Positions 56,221 to 64,000 of a stretch of 64,000 nt of DNA are shown here, in pieces. Below the pieces are notes generated by a model that made no database searches, had not been told where the DNA came from, and saw only the letters and a list, made by a program, of their open reading frames with translations. The position numbers were made by a program, and so were the translations under genes. The stretch comes from an archaeon. GTDB taxonomy: Archaea; Undinarchaeota; CAZHTU01; JBDRCC01. Numbering within the stretch: position 1 is the stretch's first letter; the number at the start of each line of letters is the position of its first letter. Location of the stretch: NCBI GenBank assembly GCA_043822065.1, contig JBDRCC010000007.1, forward strand, positions 79,373-143,372. The letters are read 5' to 3'.

Positions 56221-57662
56221 TTGACATAATCCTCGTCCCGTGGTTCGGAGCGTTTGCGACAGGAATTGTCTGCAGGTTTACGAAGAAGTTCGGCTACGTG
56301 CCGGTGCTTACATCGCTAATCGCGCTCCTGCTCACGATATGGCGCGCCCCAGCTTTCCTGACTGGCGTAGTGACCCTTGAGATATGGGCGCAGGCGCCTT
56401 ACGGAATCGCGCTTGAGGCGGACGCATTCAACGGGACAATGGCGCTCCTTGCCGGGCTCATATTCACCCTTGTCGCCATATACTCTGTGCGGTACATCGG
56501 CGAGGACGAGAAATACGTCCAGTTCTATGCCCTCTACCAGCTTTTTGTCGCAGGCACCCTTGGCATAATACTTACCGGCGACATCTTCAACATGTTCGTC
56601 CTGCTTGAGATTGCGTCAATAAGCTCGTATGCACTCGTCTCATACGCCCTTGACAAGGAGTCGGTCGCCGGCGGGCTCAGGTACATGCTCATAAGCGCCC
56701 TCGGCACGAGCATATTCCTCCTTGGCGTGACTTTCCTCTACGCGCTTGCGGGCACGCTTAACATTGCCCACCTCGTTGTCATGCTCCAGGGCGTCAACAC
56801 TCCTGTGCTGTTCGCGGCGTTCTCTTTCCTGTTCATAGGTGTTGGCGTAAAGGCTGCAGTCATCCCGCTCTACCTGTGGAAGCCTAAGGCGATTTCGGCA
56901 ACGCCAATACCTGTTGCTACCTTAGTCTCAGGCATCTCAACCGCGACAGCGGTTTACATCCTAATGCGCCTGACCTACACAATATTCTCGGTCTATTCAG
57001 GGATAATCTCCAGCATCCTGCTGTATGCGGGCGTCCTGACGATGCTTCTCGGAGCCTTTATGGCGCTCCTTGAGCCAGACGTCAAAAAAGTCCTTGCATA
57101 TTCCGGCATCAGCCAGGTCGGTTATGCATTCCTCGCTATTGGGTTTGCAACAGCTTCCGGAATCTTTGCAGGCATATTCCACATAATCAACGTCGTCCTT
57201 GGGGAGGCGCTCATATTCCTTTCCCTTGGCTACGTAATACTCCACACTGGTGAAAAGAACCTGCACAAACTTGGGGGGCTTGCCCCGAAGATGCCGCTCG
57301 CGGCTGCAGCATTCCTTTTCGGCTCGCTTTCTGTGGTCGGGGTTCCGCCCCTGAACGGTTTTGCGAGCAAGTGGTTGATATACCTTGAGGGCATAAGCAC
57401 CAACCACATCCTGGCGACCGCGGTCGCGCTTGTCGTCTCGGCGCTCACCCTGGGCTATTACATGAAGGCGTTTTCAGCCATATTCCTCGGGCCCGGCAAG
57501 TGGGCTGATTTCAAATCGGATTGGAGGCTTGACTACCCCATTCTCATACTCCTTGCATTGTGCCTGGTAATCGGCATTTATCCGCCGATAATCTATCCGC
57601 TACTTCAGCCAGCCACTGACGCACTGCTTACGGTTTCAGGCTACCTGGGGGTGCTGGCATGA
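56217..57662 (+). CDS. mbhH: Mbh subunit H (MnhD/MrpD antiporter-like)
   Basis: TGDIFNMFVLLEI, GVKAAVIPL, KKVLAYSGISQVGY, GVPPLNGFASKW. Confidence 0.93.
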   Translation: MIDIILVPWFGAFATGIVCRFTKKFGYVPVLTSLIALLLTIWRAPAFLTGVVTLEIWAQAPYGIALEADAFNGTMALLAGLIFTLVAIYSVRYIGEDEKYVQFYALYQLFVAGTLGIILTGDIFNMFVLLEIASISSYALVSYALDKESVAGGLRYMLISALGTSIFLLGVTFLYALAGTLNIAHLVVMLQGVNTPVLFAAFSFLFIGVGVKAAVIPLYLWKPKAISATPIPVATLVSGISTATAVYILMRLTYTIFSVYSGIISSILLYAGVLTMLLGAFMALLEPDVKKVLAYSGISQVGYAFLAIGFATASGIFAGIFHIINVVLGEALIFLSLGYVILHTGEKNLHKLGGLAPKMPLAAAAFLFGSLSVVGVPPLNGFASKWLIYLEGISTNHILATAVALVVSALTLGYYMKAFSAIFLGPGKWADFKSDWRLDYPILILLALCLVIGIYPPIIYPLLQPATDALLTVSGYLGVLA

Positions 57663-57958
57663 TAGGTATTGGGTACTACATGCTGGTTGTCTTCGGGCTG
57701 GTCTTTGTCATAGGCGGCTCGCTTTACCTCTTCATGTGCAAGCGCCCGACTGGTGCGAAGGGCAAGCAGACCTACCTCGGGGGGGAAGACCTCGAATGGA
57801 CAGGCACAGGTGCGAACTACTACCAGCAGTTTGAGAAGTCGCTGAAGCGGATTTATCCTGCGCTGGAATGCTTCCACAAGGAGGACGCAACATACTACAT
57901 CTTCCTTTTGTGTCTTACCCTCGCCGCACTGCTTCTCGGAGGCTACCTATGGATATGA
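57659..57958 (+). CDS. mbhI: Mbh subunit I
   Basis: TM - KQTYLGGE - amphipathic helix - FH..Y - TM; position between H and J. Confidence 0.75.
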   Translation: MIGIGYYMLVVFGLVFVIGGSLYLFMCKRPTGAKGKQTYLGGEDLEWTGTGANYYQQFEKSLKRIYPALECFHKEDATYYIFLLCLTLAALLLGGYLWI

Positions 57959-58386
57959 CCAAATATCTGGCAAAGTCCCCCTGGCTTTTAGTTTGGGAGA
58001 CTGGCGGGTGCAACGGCTGCATAATTGAGACGCTGGCGTCGGTCACGCCAAGGTTCGACGTTGAGCGATTTGGAATACTCGCAAAGGGCACGCCAAGGCA
58101 CGCGGACATATTCATGGTTCACGGCACTCCGACGCGCCAGAACGCAAAGCGGCTCAAGCGGCTTTACGAGCAGATGCCAGACCCGAAGGTCGTTGTCGCA
58201 GTCGGCGCATGCGCGTCAGGCGGCGGCGTTTTCAAAGGATGCTATGGCACCCACGGGCCAGTTGAAAATGTCATACCCGTCGACGTTTACGTCCCTGGCT
58301 GCCCGCCAAAACCGGAAGCCATAATACTCGGCGTGGTCAAGGCAATAGACGTCCTAAAAAAGAGAGGTAAAAATGCCAAAAAATGA
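57949..58386 (+). CDS. mbhJ: Hydrogenase small subunit (MbhJ/NuoB-like)
   Basis: TGGCNGC, DVERFG, PRHAD, VGACASGGG, PVDVYVPGCPP. Confidence 0.95.
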   Translation: MDMTKYLAKSPWLLVWETGGCNGCIIETLASVTPRFDVERFGILAKGTPRHADIFMVHGTPTRQNAKRLKRLYEQMPDPKVVVAVGACASGGGVFKGCYGTHGPVENVIPVDVYVPGCPPKPEAIILGVVKAIDVLKKRGKNAKK

Positions 58387-58807
58387 ATCGTCTGCGATGA
58401 AGTACTTGCGCGGCATAGCCAAGAACGCAAAGGGGGACTTTGCTGTTGTCGCACCAGAAAACCTGCGGAAAGCAGTCCAGAAGCTAAAGGACAACGGCAT
58501 GTACCGGCTCATATGCATCACCGGCGTTGACACCGGAACTGCAGTTGATGCCATCTACACGCTCTCCTTCGACGGCACAATGTTCAACCTCAAGGTTCCG
58601 CTCAACCACAAGAAGCCGGAAGTCGAATCCATATCCGACCTCCTCCCAGCGGCTTCGCTCTATGAGCTGGAGCTGATGGAGATGCTCGGCGTCAAAGTGC
58701 TGAACCATCCAATGCCTGAAAAGCGCATGTTCCTCCCCGAGGACTGGAAACAGGGCCCGCCGCTGAGAAAAGCATTCATCCAGAAACTGGCAGGAGGGCA
58801 AAAATGA
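58373..58807 (+). CDS. mbhK: Mbh subunit K (NuoC-like)
   Basis: LICITGVD, ESISDLLPAASLYELELMEMLGV..HP..FLPEDW..PPLRK. Confidence 0.93.
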   Translation: MPKNESSAMKYLRGIAKNAKGDFAVVAPENLRKAVQKLKDNGMYRLICITGVDTGTAVDAIYTLSFDGTMFNLKVPLNHKKPEVESISDLLPAASLYELELMEMLGVKVLNHPMPEKRMFLPEDWKQGPPLRKAFIQKLAGGQK

Positions 58808-59976
58808 TAGAGAAAGAGTACTCCTACTTCCTTCCGATCGGGCCGCAGCACCCAGCGCTAAAGGAATCCATGCACCTGACCTTCAAGATGGAGGCGGAAG
58901 AGATAAAGGACATGGACTTCAACGTCGGTTACGTTCACCGCGGGATAGAGGGCGGCATGATGACCCGCTCTTACGACAAGAGCCTGTACCTTGCGCAGAG
59001 GATATGCGGAATCTGCAACCAGATACACGCAAGCGCCTACTGCCTTGCGGTCGAGAGGCTTGTTCCAACCTTCCAGGTTCCAAAGCGCGCAGAGTACATA
59101 CGGACCGTGCTCAATGAGCTGGAGAGGATCCACAGCCACATGCTATTCGTTGGAGTTGCAGCCCACGAGTTCGGTTTCGACACAGTTTTTATGTACACCT
59201 GGCGTGACAGGGAACTGATAATGCAGCTAAAGGAGAAGATTACTGGCAACCGCGTCACGAACGATATGAACTGCGTCGGTGGAATGAGGCGCGACATACC
59301 CAAAGAGCTGGAAAAAGAGCTTGAGGACGCAGTCGAGTACTTCTCAGAGCGTGCGGACTACTACGTTCGCGTATTTACCAAGGACATTTCCGTCCAGAAG
59401 AGGACAAAAGGGATTGGCGTCCTGAGCAAAAAAGATGCGCGGCGGCTGAACGCAGTCGGGCCGACTGCAAGGTCGTCTGGCATCGACTATGATATCCGCT
59501 CGGCGGATCCATATGAGGTATACAAGTATATCAAGTTCAAGCCGGTAATCCTCGAGGACGGCGATGTTTTTGCAAGGGTTGCCTCAAGGATTCTCGAGGT
59601 AAAGCAGGCGTGCGACGTCATAAGGCAGTGCCTGCCGCTCCCGGAGGGCAAGCTAAAGGAAGTCTTCCCAAGGAACGTCCCGCCAGCAGAGGCAGTTGCC
59701 TCCGTAGAGGCGCCGAGGGGGGAACTATTTTACTATGCGAAGTCAAACGGCACAAACATACCTGAGCGCATAAAGGTCAGGACGCCGACTTACGCCAACT
59801 TCCTCGCCCTCAAGCAGTTCACGGTTGGCTACAAGCTCGCAGACATACCACTCCTTGTCGCAAGCATTGACCCGTGCCTCTCCTGCACAGACCGGGTAAC
59901 GGTTGTTGACGAGAAGTCCACGCGGGTGCTTACGCATGCAGACCTCCAGGATATCGCAAAGGAGGAGTACAGATGA
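58804..59976 (+). CDS. mbhL: Group 4 [NiFe] hydrogenase large subunit
   Basis: IGPQHP, GYVHRGIE, L1 QRICGIC, EAPRGE, L2 DPCLSCTDR plus C-terminal extension. Confidence 0.95.
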   Translation: MIEKEYSYFLPIGPQHPALKESMHLTFKMEAEEIKDMDFNVGYVHRGIEGGMMTRSYDKSLYLAQRICGICNQIHASAYCLAVERLVPTFQVPKRAEYIRTVLNELERIHSHMLFVGVAAHEFGFDTVFMYTWRDRELIMQLKEKITGNRVTNDMNCVGGMRRDIPKELEKELEDAVEYFSERADYYVRVFTKDISVQKRTKGIGVLSKKDARRLNAVGPTARSSGIDYDIRSADPYEVYKYIKFKPVILEDGDVFARVASRILEVKQACDVIRQCLPLPEGKLKEVFPRNVPPAEAVASVEAPRGELFYYAKSNGTNIPERIKVRTPTYANFLALKQFTVGYKLADIPLLVASIDPCLSCTDRVTVVDEKSTRVLTHADLQDIAKEEYR

Positions 59977-60821
59977 TTGAGGGAATCCTGCTGATAGCCC
60001 TTGCAATCCCTGCCGGGCTGGTCCTTCAGGGAATAGACCGGAAGCTCACGGCCAGGATGCAGAACAGGATAGGTCCGCCAATCCTGCAGCCCTACTACGA
60101 TTTTATGAAGCTAATCCAGAAACGGGACATAATACCGGACAATGTGGGGGTTTTCTTCACAATTTTTCCGATACTGACCCTCGTAGCATCGCTTTGCGTA
60201 CTGCCATTCCTATCACTTATCTCATTCAAGGGCGACATAATAGTTACCCTCTACCTCCTGCTGATGATTTCAGCCTTCCTCGCCCTCAGCGGATTCGCAA
60301 GCGGCAGCCCGTTCGGCACGATTGGCGCATGGAGGGAGATAATGATGGTCATAGGCTACGAGCTCCCCCTTGTTGTTGCAGTTGTCGCAGTAATAATGGA
60401 CGCTGGCTCGCTTTCGCTTTCCCAGATAGCATCCTCTGCCCACTTCCTGCCGTTTGCTTTCGCAGCCTTCCTGATTTCGACGCAGGCAAAGCTTGCCAGG
60501 TCACCATTCCACATCCCGGATGCAGAAACCGAGATAGTTGCAGGCATACACACTGAATACTCCGGCGTCCGCCTTGCCATGCTGAACCTGTCCGCGGCAG
60601 TCGACCTGTTCATAATGGTAGTTCTTGCCGTGATGCTTTTCCTCAGCCCGCCTACCTGGTACTACTTTGCAGGCTACAGCCTTGCGATTCTTTTCGTCCT
60701 GACCACAGTAAAGGTCATAACCGGAAGGCTCAGGATAGACCAGATGATACGCTTTTTCTGGTTTATTGTCGGGCCAATCGCGCTGATAGACCTGCTCCGC
60801 GTGCTTTTCCTCGCCGCTTAA
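59973..60821 (+). CDS. mbhM: Mbh subunit M (NuoH-like)
   Basis: GIDRKLTARMQNRIGPPILQPYYDFMKL, YELP, PFHIPDAETEIVAG..TEYSG. Confidence 0.94.
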   Translation: MIEGILLIALAIPAGLVLQGIDRKLTARMQNRIGPPILQPYYDFMKLIQKRDIIPDNVGVFFTIFPILTLVASLCVLPFLSLISFKGDIIVTLYLLLMISAFLALSGFASGSPFGTIGAWREIMMVIGYELPLVVAVVAVIMDAGSLSLSQIASSAHFLPFAFAAFLISTQAKLARSPFHIPDAETEIVAGIHTEYSGVRLAMLNLSAAVDLFIMVVLAVMLFLSPPTWYYFAGYSLAILFVLTTVKVITGRLRIDQMIRFFWFIVGPIALIDLLRVLFLAA

Positions 60822-60873
60822 TCGAAAACGCTCACCGCGAACATATTAAAACCACTTAGACCTAATTTCGGCT

Positions 60874-61188
60874 ATGGAAACAATCGACACTATCAGGAAG
60901 ATAAGGGAAGCTGAAGCGGCTGCCAGGAAGGACATAGAGAATGCCAATCGGCAGGCGGCAGAAATTGTTGCCAGCGCCGATATTGATATAGCCCGGCTCA
61001 AAGGCTCTGCTGCAAAGGATGCCAGCGCCCAGGCTAAAAAGCTGTTTGCAGAACATACTAAAGCGGGCAAGGCGGAAGCTGGCAAGGTGCGTACGCGCTC
61101 AAAAAAGGAGCTCGAGTCAATTAGAAAGAAGGCCAAGGCAAGGCTCCCTTTGGTTGTTTCCTCTCTCGCGGAGCAGGTGGTAGCTTGA
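60874..61188 (+). CDS. atpH: A1AO ATP synthase subunit H (G-like stalk)
   Basis: IRKIREAEAAARKDIENA..A..I helical pattern; first gene before subunit I. Confidence 0.8.
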   Translation: METIDTIRKIREAEAAARKDIENANRQAAEIVASADIDIARLKGSAAKDASAQAKKLFAEHTKAGKAEAGKVRTRSKKELESIRKKAKARLPLVVSSLAEQVVA

Positions 61189-63101
61189 TTCGCCCTGCCA
61201 GGATGAGCAGGTTTGACGCAGTAGTTTTAGAGCAGGATCGGGACAGAGTTGTAGATGCGCTTCACGAAAACGGGATAGCCCAGATTGAGGACCAGAGCCA
61301 GAGGCTAAGGGGAAAAGAGTGGTCCGAGCTGGCGCGCGCAGGCGCTTCCGAGAGGAGCTCAAACGCATCTTCTCGCCTTTTGAGGGTGAAATGGCTGCAC
61401 GACTTTCTTTCTTCTGCAACCACGCAGCCTCCTGGCAAGTTTGACGTGCTGATGCAGTACTTAAAGCCGGACATTCCTACTCCTAAAGAAATACCGAAGC
61501 GCGGTGTCTTTCGCATGGTCGATTCCCTCCTTGCTGAGGCAGAGCCAAAAATAAAGTTGCTTGAAGGGAAGCATTCTGCAATTCAGTCCGAGAAGGCTAA
61601 GCTCCAGAAGACAATCGATGATGCGGAAAGGATAAAGGGCATACCGTTCGACGTGAGCTGGCTTGGCGAGTCAGAATATACCCTGACCGAGGCAGGAGTC
61701 ATCTCCAAGGAGCATCTCCCTGACCTAAAAGACCTGCCTGGGGAGGTAGCTATTGACAGCTCTGGCGAGTCTGCGGCAATACTCATTTGCTACCTCAAAA
61801 TCGACAGGGAAGCCGTGTCAAAGCAGCTAAGGAAGACTGGCTTTTCCCAAGTGCTCCTCTCCGGCTCTGGAACGCCTGCTGAACTCATAGAGCGCTCCAG
61901 AAGCCGCCTCGGCGAACTTGAATTAAACGAGAAAACCCTCCTTGCAAAGATTTCATCCACTGGAAAAAAGTATCTTGACGGGCTTGCGGCCTGCAGGGAG
62001 CTCCTGGAGATTGAAAAGGCCCGCGGCGAAATATCGTCCGCCTTTGCGAAGACCGAGAAAACCGTCCTCCTAAGCGGTTTTGTCCCCTCCGGCCAGGCGG
62101 AGAGCCTAAGGGAAATTGTGAAGAAATCTTCTTCTGACAGGTACTATTTTGCACATTCCGATGCGGACGACGCCCCCGTGCTGCAGAGCAACCCAAGGTT
62201 TCTGAAGCCTTTCGAGCAGCTAACTGAGATGTTTGCAGTCCCAAAATACAACGAGATAGACCCGACCTTCCTGCTTGCGCCTACCTTCGTAATCTACTAC
62301 GGCCTTATGCTCACAGATGCAGTATATGGCGTAATTCTCTTTGCCCTGAGCGTCCTCCTGCTCAAGACCTATGGAAAGGCCAACAAGGCGGCAAAGGACT
62401 TCAGCTGGGTGCTAATCGCGTGCGCAGTATCCACTATAATATTCGGCGTCCTTACCGGCGGCTACCTGGGCGACATAATGGCGTATCTATTTGGCGCAAA
62501 CCCAGCAGACCTGGCGTTATGGGTTGACCCGCTTACTGACCCGATAGTCATCCTGAAGCTTGCAATCATTATCGGGATACTCCATGTCGACACCGGCGTT
62601 TTTGTCAGCCTCTTGGAAAACCTTCGCCAGAAAAACTTCCGGGCGGCTGCCGTCGACAACGCAGTATGGTTCATACTGCAGGCTGGGATTCTTATGTACT
62701 ACCTCGGGATGCGGGCAGGGCTTGTTCTCATGGGCATTAGCGTGCTCCTGCTGTTCTACGGCTACAAGGTGATGGGGATAATGCACATAACCGGGTTTAT
62801 GGGCGATATCCTTTCCTATGCTAGGCTTTTGGCGCTGGCTCTTGCGACCGGAGGGATAGCCATGACTGTCAACCTGCTGGCAAAGATGGTCTTTGCAGTC
62901 CCTTACGTTGGAATAGCCCTCGCAGCCGTGGTCCTGCTGGTCGGCCACACCTTCAACTTCATCATGAACGCATTAGGCTCTTTCATCCACAGCCTCCGCC
63001 TGCACTACGTTGAGTTTTTCGGGAAATTTTACTCGGGCGGCGGAAGCAAGTTTTCGCCATTTAGGGCGGAGCGCAGGCTGACGAAATTGGAGGCTCGTTA
63101 A
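61185..63101 (+). CDS. atpI: A1AO ATP synthase subunit I (a)
   Basis: RPARM, PFEQLTEMFAVPKYNEIDPT, YGLMLTDAVYG, DILSYARLLAL, IHSLRLHYVEFFGKFY. Confidence 0.96.
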   Translation: MIRPARMSRFDAVVLEQDRDRVVDALHENGIAQIEDQSQRLRGKEWSELARAGASERSSNASSRLLRVKWLHDFLSSATTQPPGKFDVLMQYLKPDIPTPKEIPKRGVFRMVDSLLAEAEPKIKLLEGKHSAIQSEKAKLQKTIDDAERIKGIPFDVSWLGESEYTLTEAGVISKEHLPDLKDLPGEVAIDSSGESAAILICYLKIDREAVSKQLRKTGFSQVLLSGSGTPAELIERSRSRLGELELNEKTLLAKISSTGKKYLDGLAACRELLEIEKARGEISSAFAKTEKTVLLSGFVPSGQAESLREIVKKSSSDRYYFAHSDADDAPVLQSNPRFLKPFEQLTEMFAVPKYNEIDPTFLLAPTFVIYYGLMLTDAVYGVILFALSVLLLKTYGKANKAAKDFSWVLIACAVSTIIFGVLTGGYLGDIMAYLFGANPADLALWVDPLTDPIVILKLAIIIGILHVDTGVFVSLLENLRQKNFRAAAVDNAVWFILQAGILMYYLGMRAGLVLMGISVLLLFYGYKVMGIMHITGFMGDILSYARLLALALATGGIAMTVNLLAKMVFAVPYVGIALAAVVLLVGHTFNFIMNALGSFIHSLRLHYVEFFGKFYSGGGSKFSPFRAERRLTKLEAR

Positions 63102-64000
63102 TGGTGTCTGAAGGGGCCGTGCTTGCGGCGCTTGGGGCGGCAATAGCAGTCGGCGGCGCAGGTCTCGCAAGTGGCATGGGTGCTGGCATCAGCGGAGCGG
63201 CGGGCGCGTCAGTGGTAGCTGACGACCCAAAGAAGTTCGGCCTTGCGATAATATTTCAGGCAATTCCGCAGACCCAGGGCTTTTACGGCTTCCTCATCGG
63301 CATTCTCATACTGTTCGGCACAGGAATCCTTGGCGGGGCTGGCGTCGAGGTGCCTATTGCAGTCGGGCTTGCGTGCGTCGGCGCAGGGCTCGCAGTCGGC
63401 ATATCCGGATTCTCCGCAATCGGCCAGGGGATAGTCTCCGGTGCTGCTGTCTCCGAGGCAGCCAGGCGCCCGGGGATGTTCGGCAAGGGGATGGTCTTTT
63501 CCGTACTTCCTGAAACCCAGGCAATATACGGCCTTCTCATTTCAATATTAATCCTATTTTTTACTGGGGTTATCGGCGGTGCAGGGATGCCTGACATCCC
63601 CCTCGCTGCCGGGTTTGCAGCAATAGGCGCAGGGCTCGCAGTCGGGCTTGCCGGGTTGTCGGCAATCGGACAGGGAATTGCCGCGGCGGCAGGCGTCGGA
63701 GCGACTGCTGAGAAACCAGAGGCGTTCGGGAAGTCAATGGTATTTTCCGTACTTCCGGAGACCCAGGCGATATACGGGCTGTTAATCTCAATTTTGATAC
63801 TTTTCTTTACAGGAATTATCGGCGGAAATTACCTTCCGCAGATGGAGCTACCAATTGGAATCGCCGCAATAGGCGCAGGCATGGCAGTTGGTTTTGCAGG
63901 GCTTTCTGCCATAGGGCAGGGCATTGCGGCGGCAGCAGGCGCAGCAGCCACTGCGGACAAACCCCATATGTTCGGCAAATCAATGGTCTTCTCCGTACTG
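63101..64000 (+). CDS. atpK: A1AO ATP synthase subunit K (c), at least four fused hairpins, 3'-truncated by window edge
   Basis: Hand translation from ATG 63101: 300 codons with no stop; PQTQGFYG, then SAIGQG...VLPETQAIYG twice and a fourth SAIGQG...MVFSVL. Confidence 0.94.
   Translation, partial: MVSEGAVLAALGAAIAVGGAGLASGMGAGISGAAGASVVADDPKKFGLAIIFQAIPQTQGFYGFLIGILILFGTGILGGAGVEVPIAVGLACVGAGLAVGISGFSAIGQGIVSGAAVSEAARRPGMFGKGMVFSVLPETQAIYGLLISILILFFTGVIGGAGMPDIPLAAGFAAIGAGLAVGLAGLSAIGQGIAAAAGVGATAEKPEAFGKSMVFSVLPETQAIYGLLISILILFFTGIIGGNYLPQMELPIGIAAIGAGMAVGFAGLSAIGQGIAAAAGAAATADKPHMFGKSMVFSVL
63370..64000 (+). repeat. ~246-bp tandem intragenic repeats in atpK
   Basis: GGCGCAGGGCTCGCAGTCGG at ~63380 and ~63626; TTTTCCGTACTTCCnGAnACCCAGGCnATATACGG at ~63497 and ~63743; third copy in progress at the end. 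Confidence 0.85.

Noticed and set aside
58804-59976. Complex I NuoD or Mbs/Mbx non-hydrogenase subunit
   Set aside because: Both CxxC Ni-binding motifs and a C-terminal extension after the L2 motif are present.
1-64000. CRISPR array, rRNA, transposase or integrase
   Set aside because: No regularly spaced repeat-spacer pattern, no long non-coding stretch and no recognisable recombinase or transposase motifs.

Overview
Gene-dense archaeal chromosome segment with a streamlined, DPANN-like look. The taxonomy is inferred only from the short Rpo3, orphan-rich gaps and biosynthetic genes missing from conserved operons. 1-20.8 kb holds two conserved informational clusters: rps4-rps11-rpoD-tRNA-Leu-rpl18e-rpl13-rps9-rpoN-tRNA-Pro-rpoK-rps2-MEMO1-RNase J-gltX, and rpl7ae-rps28e-rpl24e...infB-rps6e-eif2g-PIN-ppa-rpoE-spt4-rps24e-rps27ae. 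21-50 kb mixes housekeeping genes (Na+-type membrane PPase, tryptophanase, enolase, leuS, corA, LSm, rpl37e, rps8e) with many orphans. 50.6-64 kb is a co-directional energy cluster: icd, aconitase, a 13-gene Mrp-Mbh group 4 [NiFe] hydrogenase with no mbhN, then the start of an A1AO ATP synthase operon. There are seven tRNAs, including an intron-containing tRNA-Trp. I saw no CRISPR array, rRNA, integrase or transposase. Best leads: (1) an ATP synthase c subunit, absent from the ORF track, with at least four fused hairpins running off the window; (2) a catalytically eroded soluble PPase near a Na+-pumping PPase, fitting an all-sodium energy circuit; (3) the four isoprenoid-lipid genes missing from their usual operon, plus a secreted SCP2-like protein with two 6-Cys modules; (4) K/A/E/P-rich tails on many ribosomal proteins and on an orphan zinc-finger protein; (5) hairpin plus U-tract terminators. 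All calls are from motif recognition by eye; no searches were run.
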